DNA of 58,922 nucleotides, filler included, from 5 parts of 5 records of this genome joined end to end with filler, not necessarily neighbours in it; one strand, 5' to 3'; positions 1 through 11,257 are shown, counted from the whole stretch's first letter. Made by a program: numbers and translations. The notes: generated by a model from the letters alone, not told the origin.

Positions 1-53
1 GACATGAATGGGAATGATCCCGGGCACCTGGGACCGGAAAAGTGAAATACAAT

Positions 54-89
54 AAAAAAACCTGACCCCCAAAGGGAATCAGGTTTTTT
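54..89. terminator. Bidirectional rho-independent terminator
   Basis: AAAAAAACCTGA...TCAGGTTTTTT inverted repeat with A/T tails, between a probable + strand gene end (TGA at 43-45) and the convergent amidohydrolase. Confidence 0.7.
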
Positions 90-130
90 ATTATGGGGTC
101 AAACCCACCAAGACGATGGGGTGTGGTTTT

Positions 131-1542
131 TTAAATCTTAGGGTAAAAGCTGCTCTTTTCAATGTCCACAATGATAGGATCAAGGCCGTTTTCTTTGACA
201 TATGATTCACCCAGGGCCGTCGTTATGATGTGACTGCCCTGTCCGCAAACATAACCATTGTGCATTATCACCTTACCGTTGGCCATACTCATAAACGCTT
301 TTTGTTTGTCTAAATCCAAGATAGTAATGTCGGCATCCGCCCCCAGCTTGAAATGGCCCTTGTTCCTAAGGCCTAAAATTTTAGCCGGATTGCAGCTGGC
401 TTTCCGGACAAAGTCATGCATTGTTAAGGCTTCTAATTTTACCAGAGCCAAGCCCATCTCAATCATTACATTCCGGGGAATACCGCCTCCATCTGTGCTG
501 ATACAATCGACTGCAAATTCCCCGGATTCTTTCCTGGCTGTGGCTAAATTAATACGCGGCTCAGAAGGATTTACTTTAAAGCTGACCGTGGTATCTGTAT
601 TCTTTTGCTCCCAATAGGTTAATGCGTCCTGTCCGACAGCTAAAATCATTTTTCCGCCGGCCTCCATGTTTATATGACCCCACCCCGCCATTATCGCTTC
701 TTTTAAGCCGGGTTCCGTGGGCGCAAATCCGCCTGTGATCAGGCATTTTTTTGTTACATTGCTCTCGGGCACGCCATCTGAACACTTCGCACTGGTACCA
801 TTAAACGGAGATAGATAGGATTCACTGCGAATATTTGGGTTTTCCCCAAGGGCGTTGATCGCCTCTTTTGTTTCATCCAGGCAGGGACGGACCTGACCCC
901 GGCAATAACTATTGATATGGGCCATATGAAGGGAATTGCCATCGGCTAATGTAACGGCTTCCAAAAAGCCTTCAATGTCGGATCCTTGTTCCAATGATCC
1001 CGCATGAAACGCGATATAGGCTTTATGCTGATTGACGACCTCTATGGCCCTGGCCGTTGCCTCAGGGGTTAACGGATAATGCCCCCCAGAAGCTTCAGCC
1101 CCATGGCCCCTTTATGTAAACAATCTTCCAATAATCCCTGGATTTCTTCGGTACCCGGGTTAACATCCTTTACTGTATGCCCGGGCCGGACATACTGGAC
1201 GCACGCAATATTTAACCCCACACCATAGTCCCGGGCAATATTTACAACACTGTCTATGGGCCCGGACATATCCAATGCCGAGGTGACGCCGGCCTGGGCC
1301 AGCATTTTGTGACCGAATTTTCCTCCCAGCCAGGATGAGGCATGCATATGAAGATCAATAAGGCCCGGAACCACATAATAGCCCTGTACATCAAAGCTTT
1401 CCTCTGCTTTGGACGGGCTGATTTCCGGGGCAGTCTCAACGATCTTCCCTTCACTGATACCAATATCCATAATGCCTTCTCGCTCGGAAACAGGGTCAAC
1501 AACCATTCCGTTTTTCAATAAAACATCATATGTATAAGACAT
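131..1542 (-). CDS. Metal-dependent amidohydrolase (dihydroorotase/D-aminoacylase-like), split by a 1-nt homopolymer frameshift at ~1082-1087
   Basis: N-terminal 'LLKNGMVVDP...PGLIDLHMH' HxH motif; C-terminal 'STDGG', 'NPAKILGL..KG....GADADITILD'. Adding one G to the G6 run joins ORFs 1069-1542 and 131-994 through LKLLGGHYPLTPEAT. Confidence 0.85.
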
Positions 1543-1797
1543 GTTTTCTTACCTCTGCTTTTCTGGGATAAACATTTTTATTATCTGACTGACTCAATGG
1601 CACATTTTACTATCAAGGCCCCTTAAGTACTTGGCATCTCATCCGGGTTTTTTATGACCGGAAAATCCAAATCCGATAAATGCTGAACATGTTCAGCAGG
1701 TTAAGGCGGGCTGGTGCCTCGGGTTAAACCGAATTCCAAAATATAACAAAATATAAAAGGGGGCTTTCGGGGTATTTTCAATAAGTGATTGTTCAAT

Positions 1798-2484
1798 TTA
1801 TAATGCTTTTTTTACAATTGCCCGGGCTAAAACTTGGGTGGGATCGTAGAAAGGAATTGAAGCCGTTTTTTCTTCTGCATAAGCAATCGGCAATTCAGTG
1901 CAGCCTAAAATAATGGCCTGGGCTCCCATTTCTGCCACATGGTTTATTATTTCCTGGTTATGGGCTTTGGCCCCCGTAATATCACCGGATTTGACCAAAG
2001 AGATCACCGCCATCACCTTGTTTTGATATTCTGCAGAAGGGATGAAAAATCCAATGCCGGCTTCTAAGAGTTTTTTCTCATAGAGTCTGGCTTTTATTGT
2101 GCCTGTGGTTGATAGTAAAGCAACGCTTTTAACATTATCATTGATTAAAACCTGAACCGTCTCTTCAACCATGTTTATCACAGGTATTTTAACTGCATTG
2201 ATTACTTCCGGCATGAAGTAATGGGCCGTATTGCATGGTATTGCCAAAAGATCTGCACCCCATTTTTCTAAATTTGCAGCCATTTGAGCAAGCACAGGAC
2301 CGGGATTTTCACCTTGTTCCAATATGGCTGTTGTCCTGTCAGGTACCTTGGGGTTGTTATCCACAAGTATCCGTAAATGGTCCTGATCTTTTTTGGCAGG
2401 GGTGTTGCGGATTATTTTGGCCATAAAATCCACAGTTGCTTCTGGTCCCATTCCGCCCAGTATCCCGATTACTTTTTCTGACAT
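1798..2484 (-). CDS. Aspartate/glutamate racemase family (amino-acid racemase)
   Basis: GILGGMGPEAT, PDRT, and the two catalytic cysteine motifs IPCNTAH and LGCTELP. Confidence 0.93.
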   Translation of the reverse strand: MSEKVIGILGGMGPEATVDFMAKIIRNTPAKKDQDHLRILVDNNPKVPDRTTAILEQGENPGPVLAQMAANLEKWGADLLAIPCNTAHYFMPEVINAVKIPVINMVEETVQVLINDNVKSVALLSTTGTIKARLYEKKLLEAGIGFFIPSAEYQNKVMAVISLVKSGDITGAKAHNQEIINHVAEMGAQAIILGCTELPIAYAEEKTASIPFYDPTQVLARAIVKKAL

Positions 2485-2612
2485 AAAATCCTCTCTATAA
2501 TTTACTTAAACCGCTCTTGTGTAGTATATTAGCCCCACTGTTAGATAAAACAAGCCTTTTTTCTACCCCTCTTTTTCAGGGGGGGATGGGCGTCAACCCA
2601 AGGAGGTTTTTT

Positions 2613-3422
2613 ATGGAGATTCAATCCCTTAAACGCATATATTTTTCCCCGACCGGGACAACCGCTGCCATTATTGACCGGGTGGCCCGGGCCATTGGGG
2701 CAGATTCGGCCGATACCCTGGATCTGACCCGTCCGGAAAATATTGCGAAAGCAAAAACAGCGGTCCCGTCCCATGACCTTGCCCTTTTTGGTGTGCCGGT
2801 ATATGGGGGACGGGTGCCCCGGGTGGCTGCCCGGCGCCTGGCCGGTATCAGAGGGGACGGGACCCCGGCCGTGGTGATGGTGACCTACGGCAACCGGGAA
2901 TTTGAGGATGCACTTTTGGAACTGGCCGATCTGGTGAGGGCCGGGGGATTTGTGCCGGTGGCAGGGGCTGCATTTATCGGGGAGCATTCATATTCAACCC
3001 GAAAACCCATTGCCATGTCCCGGCCTGATCCGGCAGACCTGGACATGGCTGAGGCATTTGCCGTGCAGGTCCGGCAGACCCTTGGGGCACTCACAGCCCC
3101 CCTGGGGGAGGGGGATATTCCCCCTATCCCGGGCAACCGCCCCTATAAACCCTTAAAGGTGCTTGAGATCGATGCTCCAGTGGTGGATGGGACTGCTTGT
3201 GCCCTCTGCGGTGAATGCGTCCAGGCCTGTCCGGTATCGGCCATTGATCCACAGGATCCCATGGTCACGGACGCCGCCCTTTGTATTCACTGTTGCGCCT
3301 GCATTAAAAACTGCCCTGAGCAGGCCAGGGCATTCACGGACCCAAAGCTGGCAGCCGTATCGGACTGGCTGTATACCCATTGCAGAACGCCCAAGACCCC
3401 TGAATTCTTTTTCAGGTCATGA
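2613..3422 (+). CDS. EFR1-family flavodoxin-like/4Fe-4S ferredoxin
   Basis: YFSPTGTT, PVYGGRVP, TYGNREFEDALLEL, two CxxCxxCxxxCP motifs; AGGAGG at 2601-2606 supports the ATG at 2613 rather than 2517. Confidence 0.88.
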   Translation: MEIQSLKRIYFSPTGTTAAIIDRVARAIGADSADTLDLTRPENIAKAKTAVPSHDLALFGVPVYGGRVPRVAARRLAGIRGDGTPAVVMVTYGNREFEDALLELADLVRAGGFVPVAGAAFIGEHSYSTRKPIAMSRPDPADLDMAEAFAVQVRQTLGALTAPLGEGDIPPIPGNRPYKPLKVLEIDAPVVDGTACALCGECVQACPVSAIDPQDPMVTDAALCIHCCACIKNCPEQARAFTDPKLAAVSDWLYTHCRTPKTPEFFFRS

Positions 3423-3502
3423 TGCCCGGGGGCCGGTTTTACGGATAATCCGGCTGCCCTGTTATGCCATTGCCGGTGACAGCGGATTCAGGCCCCCCTT
3501 TT

Positions 3503-4003
3503 TCAGGCCATATTATACTGATAGAATTTGGTGTCCACCTTCATAATCGGGAAGGCCTCCGGCAGATCTGTTTTTAAAATTTCCAGGAACCCGTTTTTTT
3601 CATAAAAGCGATGGGCGGCCAGAAATTTGGGGGTCGTGCCCAGATAGATGCTGCGGATCTGTTTTTGGTCCGCCCATTGGAGCAGGGTGTCCAAAAGCAT
3701 TTTGGCCGTGCCGGTTCCCCGGAAGCGGGCATTCACGAACATTTTTCGCAAGGCCGCCTCATGGTTGCCGATATCCAGAAGGGCAATGGATCCGACCACC
3801 TGCTCCCCGCACAGGACCACCCAGAAATTGCCGGATCCTTTCTGGTAGAAATCGGGGATGCCCTTCAGGTCAGGCTGGTCCGAAGCCGTTATGGGGATAC
3901 CGAACTCATTATTCTGGATATTGAGGATAAGGTCCAGTACACCCTGTCCATATGCCTTGGTGAACGCTTGGATACGGATGGGGGTATTCTGATTTTCATT
4001 CAT
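3503..4003 (-). CDS. GNAT family N-acetyltransferase
   Basis: 'LRKMFV..RFRGTG.A..LL' acetyl-CoA motif and 'AHRFYEKNGF'. Confidence 0.9.
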   Translation of the reverse strand: MNENQNTPIRIQAFTKAYGQGVLDLILNIQNNEFGIPITASDQPDLKGIPDFYQKGSGNFWVVLCGEQVVGSIALLDIGNHEAALRKMFVNARFRGTGTAKMLLDTLLQWADQKQIRSIYLGTTPKFLAAHRFYEKNGFLEILKTDLPEAFPIMKVDTKFYQYNMA

Positions 4004-4523
4004 TGTTCCGCCCTCCTTTGCCCGTTAATACGGGGATGCCTTTGGCTACTTTATTCAGCAGTCTGATTAATGTATCTTCTTCATATTCTGTGAGCCCGCC
4101 CATGAGATTCCTGAGGCGGGACCAATAATCAGGGAGCAGGTCCTCCAATACCTCTATCCCCCTGGGGGTCAGGTTCAGGTCCTGTTTCCGCCTGTCTTTT
4201 TTCTGATGGCGCCTTTGGATGAAACCGTCTTTTTCCAGTCCGTCAATGAATCCTGTCATGGTCGCCCGGGTGACGCCGATTTTCTGGGCCAGATCCGAAG
4301 GGGTAACAGGGGTGTCCGGCTGCCTGTTCATGATGAGGAGGATTAAAAACCGGCCCTGGGATAATCCGTATTTTTTAAGCATTGTTTCAAACCCGGTGAT
4401 GAGATCGCTTCCGGTTTTAAGCAGGGTAACCGCCGCTTTTACAGATGAGGGATCCATATTCTCATACCGGTGGGCAAGTTCCTGGAACTGCTTTTCCGTG
4501 GGTTGATCCAATAGATAGAACAT
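3996..4523 (-). CDS. MarR family transcriptional regulator
   Basis: 'TPSDLAQKIGVTRATMTGFIDGLEKDG.I.R.....DRR...L.LT..G' winged helix; overlaps the GNAT start by 8 nt. Confidence 0.92.
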   Translation of the reverse strand: MFYLLDQPTEKQFQELAHRYENMDPSSVKAAVTLLKTGSDLITGFETMLKKYGLSQGRFLILLIMNRQPDTPVTPSDLAQKIGVTRATMTGFIDGLEKDGFIQRRHQKKDRRKQDLNLTPRGIEVLEDLLPDYWSRLRNLMGGLTEYEEDTLIRLLNKVAKGIPVLTGKGGRNNE

Positions 4524-4544
4524 GGGCGCCTCCGATTTATTTGA

Positions 4545-4584
4545 TTAGTCTCCTAACTATATGGTGGCTAATTAAAAAGGTCAA
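4545..4584 (-). promoter_or_regulatory. sigma70 promoter of marR-GNAT with an overlapping candidate MarR operator
   Basis: Minus strand TTGACC (4584-4579)-N17-TATAGT (4561-4556); TAGT-N6-ACTA dyad overlapping the -10. Confidence 0.65.
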
Positions 4585-4596
4585 GGGAAACCCGGC

Positions 4597-4625
4597 TTGA
4601 CCCAGGCAGGCGGAAATGAGAAAAT
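4597..4625 (+). promoter_or_regulatory. Candidate sigma70 promoter of the HAD nucleotidase
   Basis: TTGACC-N17-GAAAAT with a TG extension. Confidence 0.4.
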
Positions 4626-4690
4626 ACAGGCGCTTGGCGTAAAAAAATTACAGGGAAATTCCCAGGGACCGCCGGAAACAAGGGGCTTGG

Positions 4691-5329
4691 ATGAAAGAGA
4701 AAAGGCAGAAAAAAATTTATGTGGATGTGGATGATGTGGTCTCAAAGACCACGGAAACCTATACCCGTATCCTGGAGGAGGAATTCGGCAGGACCGTACC
4801 CTTTGAGGATCTGACCTGTTTTGACCTGAGAAAGACCTTTCAGCTCACTGAGAATGAGTTCCGTTATTTCTTTGACCGGGTGCACCAGGAGGACCTCCTC
4901 CTGGGATTCGCCCCGGTGGACGGGGCTGTGGAGGGACTTCGGTCCTGGGCCGGCCAGGGCCATTCCATAGACATTGTCACGGGCCGCCCCTCTTCGGCAC
5001 GGGCTGTTACCCTGGAATGGCTGGATGCCCACAGGGTCCCCTATGATGAATTCATCATGGTGGACAAGTATCATCGGCCGGGCAATGACCTCTCCATTGC
5101 CGTGACCAAGGAAGAACTGGCCACGCGGCCCTATGACCTGGCCGTGGAGGATTCCGGAGAGATGGCCCTGTTTCTGGCCAATGAAATGGGGGTGGCCACG
5201 GCACTCATGGACCGGCCCTGGAACCGGTCCTGTCCTGAAAACCCCGGGGTGGTCCGGTGCCGTTCCTGGAAGGAGATCCGGTCCATGGCAGATGCATCCC
5301 GATCCCCGGAATTGCAAAGGTCAATTTAA
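4691..5329 (+). CDS. HAD superfamily 5'(3')-deoxyribonucleotidase (NT5C-like)
   Basis: DVDDVV motif I, IVTGR motif II, 'VEDS' and 'DRPWN'. Confidence 0.8.
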   Translation: MKEKRQKKIYVDVDDVVSKTTETYTRILEEEFGRTVPFEDLTCFDLRKTFQLTENEFRYFFDRVHQEDLLLGFAPVDGAVEGLRSWAGQGHSIDIVTGRPSSARAVTLEWLDAHRVPYDEFIMVDKYHRPGNDLSIAVTKEELATRPYDLAVEDSGEMALFLANEMGVATALMDRPWNRSCPENPGVVRCRSWKEIRSMADASRSPELQRSI

Positions 5330-5595
5330 AAGCCGGGCCAGGGACCAGGTGCCGAATCCCAGGAGCACCACCCCGGCGACCCGGCCGACCTGGTTCACCA
5401 GGGCGCCTTTGAACCGTTGTTTCAGACGGCCCACCCCAAAGGCCAGGCAGACCCACCAGGCTGCAGATCCGGAAAAGACCCCGGCTACCAGGAGGCCTGC
5501 GCAAAGATAATTCCCCTGAACTCCCCCTAAGCCCAGGCCGGCAAATATGGCGGTAAAGGCCATGATGGTCATGGGATTGGTCAGGGTGATGAAAA
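5321..5595 (-). CDS. LysE family translocator, 3' part (truncated by contig end)
   Basis: 'FITLTNPMTIMAFTAIFAG...GVFSGSAAWW...RVAGVVLLGFG'. Confidence 0.8.
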
Positions 5596-5695
5596 NNNNN
5601 NNNNNNNNNNNNNNNNNNNNNNNNNNNNNNNNNNNNNNNTTAATTAATTAANNNNNNNNNNNNNNNNNNNNNNNNNNNNNNNNNNNNNNNNNNNN
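5596..5695. other. Artificial contig spacer
   Basis: N-run with central TTAATTAATTAA (stops in all six frames). Confidence 0.98.
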
Positions 5696-5697
5696 GT

Positions 5698-7182
5698 ATT
5701 ACCGACAAATTAGCCATTGCTCATCAACTGGCTCGTTTGAACGTGGATGTGATTGAATCAGGTTTCCCGGTATCATCCAGGGCACAATTCGAGGCTACTG
5801 AATTAATCGCCAAAGAAGTCAAAGGTCCCATCATTGCTGCGCTTGCGCGTTGCGTTGACGCAGATATAGACGCTGCCGGAGAAGCACTAAAACATGCTAA
5901 AAGGTCTCGCATTCATACTTTTGTAGCCACGTCAAAGATCCATATTGAGAAAAAATTCAAGAAATCAGAGGATCAAATCCTGGATATGGCTGTGGCAGGA
6001 ATCAAACGAGCAAAAAAATACTGTGATGATATAGAATTTTCACCCGAAGATTCAGCCAGAACAGGTAAAGAATTCCTGTTTCGAATTATTGAGGCGGGAA
6101 TAAAGGCAGGCGCTACGACTATTAATATCCCGGATACCGTAGGCTATTCAAATCCTGAAGAATTCGGCGCACTTTTGGCAGAGATTCGTAACAAAGTGCC
6201 CAACATAGACAAAGCAATTCTCAGTGTTCATTGCCATAATGATCTGGGATTAGCTGTAGCCAATACACTTTCAGCCGTAAATAACGGGGCGCAGCAAGTT
6301 GAAGTGACCATAAATGGCATCGGAGAACGTGCAGGTAATGCTTCTCTGGAAGAAGTTGTTATGGCCCTTAAGACAAGACAAAATTTCTATAACAAAACAA
6401 CTCAGATAGAGACAAGAGAAATTATCAACACGAGCCGAATGGTTAGCAGTTTAATGGGTATGCCTGTCCAACCCAATAAAGCGATTGTTGGTGCCAACGC
6501 ATTCGCTCATGAAGCTGGTATACACCAGGCAGCTGTGATAAAGGATGCCAGTACATACGAAATCATGACACCGACGGATATCGGCCTGGAATCCAATAAA
6601 ATAGTACTTGGTCGTCATTCCGGTCGTCATGGTTTGAAACAAAGGCTGGTAGAACTCGGTTTTCAGCTAAATCAAACAGAAATAAATCACATTTATGACC
6701 GTTTTTTGGAATTAGCTGATAAGAAAAAAGAAATATTTGATCAGGATCTTGTCGCGCTGGTAGGTGAGGAATCGACAGATGAATCCGAAGCATATCATCT
6801 CGACTATTTCCATATTCTCAGCGGTAATCAGACAGTACCGACCGCGACAATCGGCTTAACTTTTAATAACGAAAAAATCCAGGAAGCGGCTGTAGGAGAC
6901 GGCCCGGTAGATGCCGCCTATAATGCTATCGAAAAAATAATCGGTATTCCTGTAGAACTCGCAGAGTATTCATTAAGAGGCGTTACTAGTGGTAAAAATG
7001 CCATGGGTGAAGTTCTGGTCCGAATAGAGAATAATGATCAAAAATTTATTGGCCGGGGTGCAAGCACGGATATCATTGAAGCAAGTATTCGAGCTTATAT
7101 CCATGCATTAAATCGATTAATTATTTATCAGGAGAAACAAGAACAAAACGGAAAAGATCTTCAATCTGTTGATCAAATTTGA
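5698..7182 (+). CDS. leuA: 2-isopropylmalate synthase (5' truncated at contig edge)
   Basis: Frame open from 5698 ([24 protein letters not shown]); [40 protein letters not shown]-terminal 'GDGPVDA' regulatory domain. Confidence 0.93.
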   Translation: MTDKLAIAHQLARLNVDVIESGFPVSSRAQFEATELIAKEVKGPIIAALARCVDADIDAAGEALKHAKRSRIHTFVATSKIHIEKKFKKSEDQILDMAVAGIKRAKKYCDDIEFSPEDSARTGKEFLFRIIEAGIKAGATTINIPDTVGYSNPEEFGALLAEIRNKVPNIDKAILSVHCHNDLGLAVANTLSAVNNGAQQVEVTINGIGERAGNASLEEVVMALKTRQNFYNKTTQIETREIINTSRMVSSLMGMPVQPNKAIVGANAFAHEAGIHQAAVIKDASTYEIMTPTDIGLESNKIVLGRHSGRHGLKQRLVELGFQLNQTEINHIYDRFLELADKKKEIFDQDLVALVGEESTDESEAYHLDYFHILSGNQTVPTATIGLTFNNEKIQEAAVGDGPVDAAYNAIEKIIGIPVELAEYSLRGVTSGKNAMGEVLVRIENNDQKFIGRGASTDIIEASIRAYIHALNRLIIYQEKQEQNGKDLQSVDQI

Positions 7183-7304
7183 ACAGACACGTGTTTCAAT
7201 TCTCTTTTGCTCAAAAAGCTCCGACTGATAACTCGCAAAAAGATGTAAAAGCCAAAAAGCTTTTAAATGTTTTATAACATTGACCGATTTAGAAAGGACA
7301 AACC

Positions 7305-8369
7305 GTGAGTGCTAAAACATATAAAATTGCTGTACTGCCAGGTGATGGGACAGGCCCGGAAGTAGTAACAGAGGGTGTTAAAGTTCTTGACGCTGCGGCA
7401 CATAAATTTGATTTTAAATTAGAGTACGAAACCTTTGATTTTGGCGGTGATCGTTATTTAAGAACAGGTGAGGTATTACCCGAAAACGCCGCTGATGAGA
7501 TGAAAAAATTTGATGCCATTTATCTTGGTGCTATTGGGCATCCGGATGTCAAACCCGGTATTTTGGAAAAAGGTATTCTGTTAAAACTCAGATTTGATCT
7601 GGATCAATATATCAATTTACGACCAGTCAAACTTTATCCAGGTGTCGAGACGCCTCTTAAAGACAAAGGCCCTGATGAAATTGATTATGTCGTCGTAAGA
7701 GAGAACACAGGTGGTTTATATACCGGAACCGGTGGTATATCCATGCAAGGAACGCCGCATGAAGTAGCAGTGCAAAGTATGGTATATTCACGATTCCAGG
7801 TAGAACGTTGTTTACGTTACGCGTTCGAATATACCCGAAAACGTAACAAACGTAAAACGCTTGCCTTGTGTGGTAAAACAAATGTATTGACATATGCATA
7901 TGATTTGTGGGAAAGAGCTTTTCATGAAATTGGTGAAAAGGATTATCCTGATATAACCCGCGAATACTATCATGTGGACGCAACCTGTATGTGGATGGTC
8001 AAAAATCCGGAATGGTTTGACGTTATTGTCACCGGCAATATGTTCGGCGATATTATCACGGATCTGGGTGCCATCACACAGGGTGGTATGGGCGTGGCAG
8101 CTGGTGGTAACCTCAATCCTGAGGGCGTCAGCATGTTCGAACCCATTGGAGGCTCTGCTCCAAAATATACCGGTAAAAACATAATAAACCCATTGGCCGC
8201 AATCTGTTGTGGCGGTATGATGCTTGAGCACCTCGGAGAATCAGCCGCATCACAAGCCATCGAAGAAGCCGTAATGGATGTGACAGCAAACAAACTTCAA
8301 TCCCTTGGTGCAGGAAAAATGGGATATTCAACAACAGAAGTAGGCGATTTAGTGGCTGAAAGAGTCTGA
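7305..8369 (+). CDS. leuB: 3-isopropylmalate dehydrogenase
   Basis: LPGDGTGPEV, NLRPVK, VRENTGG, NMFGDIITD, FEPIGGSAP; sits between leuA and cimA. Confidence 0.9.
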   Translation: MSAKTYKIAVLPGDGTGPEVVTEGVKVLDAAAHKFDFKLEYETFDFGGDRYLRTGEVLPENAADEMKKFDAIYLGAIGHPDVKPGILEKGILLKLRFDLDQYINLRPVKLYPGVETPLKDKGPDEIDYVVVRENTGGLYTGTGGISMQGTPHEVAVQSMVYSRFQVERCLRYAFEYTRKRNKRKTLALCGKTNVLTYAYDLWERAFHEIGEKDYPDITREYYHVDATCMWMVKNPEWFDVIVTGNMFGDIITDLGAITQGGMGVAAGGNLNPEGVSMFEPIGGSAPKYTGKNIINPLAAICCGGMMLEHLGESAASQAIEEAVMDVTANKLQSLGAGKMGYSTTEVGDLVAERV

Positions 8370-8470
8370 TTGCCAGCCAAATTAAATGCACTCATTTCAA
8401 GATAAGAGTATCAGCATCGATTTATTCTTTATTCACTCTATCTTAATAGCCGTATTACGGAGGTCACGAA

Positions 8471-10042
8471 ATGCCAGAGCGATTAATCATATATGATACA
8501 ACTTTAAGGGATGGTTCCCAAAGTGAAGGTATCTCCTTCTCAGTTCATGATAAATTAAAAATCGCCAGAACCCTTGACGCTTTTGGCGTTGATTATATTG
8601 AAGGAGGATGGCCCGGGTCCAATCCTAAAGATATGGAGTTTTTCGCTACTGTTGCAGAACTTGAGTGGAAAAATGCCAGGATATCCGCATTTGGAAGTAC
8701 AAGACGTGTTAAATCCAAAGTACAGGAAGATAATAATATTCGTCTTCTCCTGGATGCCAACACTCCGGTGGTGACTATATTTGGAAAATCCTGGGATTTG
8801 CATGTTATTGAGGGACTGCGAGCGACACTTGATCAAAACCTGGAAATCATAAACGATTCGATTGCCTATCTCAAAGACCACGGCAAAGAAGTAATCTATG
8901 ATGCTGAACACTATTTTGATGGTTATGAAGCTAATCCGGATTATGCATTACGCACTCTGCAAGTCGCTCAGGAAGCGGGTGCGGATTGCATTGTCCTATG
9001 TGACACAAACGGTGGAACGTTAACAACAAGATTAGCCGACATTATAAAAAAGACAATAGCAAATTTCAGTATTCCTTTTGGAATTCATGCTCATAACGAT
9101 AGCGACCTGGCTGTTGCCAATTCATTGACAGCTTTGGAAATGAAGCTCTTTCAAGTTCAGGGAACTATTAATGGATATGGTGAACGATGCGGCAATGCAA
9201 ACCTGTGTTCTATCATTGCAAACGCTGCGTTGAAAATGAATATAGAAGTATCACCACACCTGAAACTGGAAGAGCTCACGCAACTTTCAAGATATGTTAG
9301 TGAAACAGCTAATCTGCCGCACAGAGAAGAGGCAGCCTTTGTTGGCAACAGCGCTTTCGCCCATAAGGGAGGTATTCATGTCAGCGCAATTCGCAGGAAC
9401 AGAAAAACATATGAGCATATTGATCCATCCATGATCGGCAATCATCAGCGAGTATTGATTTCTGATCAATCCGGACAAAGCAATATTTTGCAAAAAGCTG
9501 AAGAACTCGGACTGGAAATTAACACCAATTCTGAAGAAATTAAAAAAATCGTCGACCACTTGAAGACGTTGGAACATCTTGGTTATCAATTTGAGGGTGC
9601 TGATGGATCCTTTGAGGTATTGTTAAAAAAATCAACCGGAAAATACAAACCCTTCTTCTCTCTCGAAGGAGCCAAAGTTATCATTGACAAACGTGAAAAT
9701 GGTTTTATTTACTCAGAAGCTGTCTTAAAAATTCGTGTGGGCGGAGAACTGGAACATACGGCAGCAGATGGCCATGGTCCGGTTGACGCATTGGATAAAG
9801 CATTACGTAAGGCTCTTGAGCAATTTTATCCTTCTCTGAAAGAATCACATCTTGTTGATTATAAAGTTCGTGTTTTAAATAGTAAAGATGGCACAGCGGC
9901 ACAGGTTCGGGTTTTTATCGAGTCGGCAGACGAAGTTGATACCTGGGGTACAGTTGGTGTTTCTGAGAATATTATTGAAGCAAGTTGGCAGGCACTGGTG
10001 GATGGTATCAGTTATAAATTAATGAAAGATACAAAATCGTGA
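8471..10042 (+). CDS. cimA: Citramalate synthase
   Basis: YDTTLRDGSQ, IEGGWPGSNPKD, GKSWDLHV, YDAEHYFDG, AFAHKGGIH, WGTVGVSENIIEASW. Confidence 0.92.
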   Translation: MPERLIIYDTTLRDGSQSEGISFSVHDKLKIARTLDAFGVDYIEGGWPGSNPKDMEFFATVAELEWKNARISAFGSTRRVKSKVQEDNNIRLLLDANTPVVTIFGKSWDLHVIEGLRATLDQNLEIINDSIAYLKDHGKEVIYDAEHYFDGYEANPDYALRTLQVAQEAGADCIVLCDTNGGTLTTRLADIIKKTIANFSIPFGIHAHNDSDLAVANSLTALEMKLFQVQGTINGYGERCGNANLCSIIANAALKMNIEVSPHLKLEELTQLSRYVSETANLPHREEAAFVGNSAFAHKGGIHVSAIRRNRKTYEHIDPSMIGNHQRVLISDQSGQSNILQKAEELGLEINTNSEEIKKIVDHLKTLEHLGYQFEGADGSFEVLLKKSTGKYKPFFSLEGAKVIIDKRENGFIYSEAVLKIRVGGELEHTAADGHGPVDALDKALRKALEQFYPSLKESHLVDYKVRVLNSKDGTAAQVRVFIESADEVDTWGTVGVSENIIEASWQALVDGISYKLMKDTKS

Positions 10043-11249
10043 AAATTTCTCAAAATATAGAAAAGGGATCCATCACGTCCCCTCTTGGTTTCAAAGCATG
10101 TGGATTACGGTGCGGTATCAAAGAAAAAGGACTGGATCTGGCCTTAATTGTAAGCGCTCAACCGGCAGCTGCAGCAGCTATGTTCACAACAAATCGGGTT
10201 AAAGCAGCTCCGGTCCTGCTGAGCCAAAAGCTCGTTCAAAAAGGGTTGGCACAGGCTCTGGTTATTAACAGTGGCGTTGCCAACGCCTGTACCGGAGATC
10301 AAGGTTTCGCAGATGCTCGGGAGATGACAAATCTGGTCGCCTCAGGACTTGAAATAGACGCAGAGAATGTTCTTGTCTCTTCTACCGGAGTTATTGGAGC
10401 TCATTTACCCATGTCCAAAATCAGGGAAGGGATTCAGAAAGCGTGCACGAATCTGTCTCCAGATGGTGGATATGACGCAGCAAATGCGATAATGACCACG
10501 GACACAGTCCCAAAACATTTTTCAATAAAGTTTGAGATGCAAGGCACAACCTATACAATTGGTGCTATTGGCAAAGGAAGTGGCATGATCAACCCGAATG
10601 TTGCCACTATGATCTCGGTATTCACCACGGATCTTCCAATTCACCATAAATTATTGCAGGATGCACTAAAAGACGCTGTCGCGGAAAGTCTCAATGCACT
10701 AACAATCGATGGAGAGATGAGCACAAACGATTCCGTTTTCATCCTGGCTAATGGTGCGGCGGGCGGTAACATGTTAACAGAAAAAATGAACATTATTTTC
10801 TTTTTGTCGACAAACTTAAAGAATGTGCTATCGCATTAGCAAGAGAATTGGCTTTTGATGGTGAAGGCGCAACGAAATTAATTACAGTAACTGTTAATGG
10901 TGCTGCCTCTTTACCGGAAGCTCAAAAAGCAGCTAAAAAAATTGCCAACTCGATGCTTTTTAAAACGGCCATTTATGGACAGGACCCCAATTGGGGTAGA
11001 GTTGTGTCAGCACTCGGTGCCAGTGGAATCCATTTTGAGCCCACAAATGTACATATCGAATTTGCCGGAATTACAGTCGCTACCAAAGGGGCAGCGATTT
11101 CATTTGATCCGGAAAAAATGCAAAAAGCTTTACAACAAAAAGAAATTACAATAGGTGTAGATATCGCTGCCGGAGATTTTTCCGCTACGATCTTTACATG
11201 CGATTTAACCCATGAATATATATCGATTAATGCAGAATATCATACTTAG
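10039..11249 (+). CDS. argJ: Bifunctional glutamate N-acetyltransferase/amino-acid acetyltransferase, frameshifted at the A6 run 10781-10786
   Basis: FTTN, NSGVANACTG, STGVIG, IMTTDT, KGSGMINPNVATM, DGEMSTND. Adding one A joins it to DGEGATK...GQDPNWGR...TCDLTHEYISINAEYHT. Confidence 0.92.
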
Positions 11250-11257
11250 GAGTCACT

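Noticed and set aside
2541-5510. Numerous antisense and alternative-frame ORFs in GC-rich contig A (and similar ones elsewhere)
   Set aside because: They overlap well-supported genes and carry no recognisable motifs
5640-5651. TTAATTAATTAA repeated four times in the window
   Set aside because: Always centred in N-runs; an assembly linker, not a biological repeat
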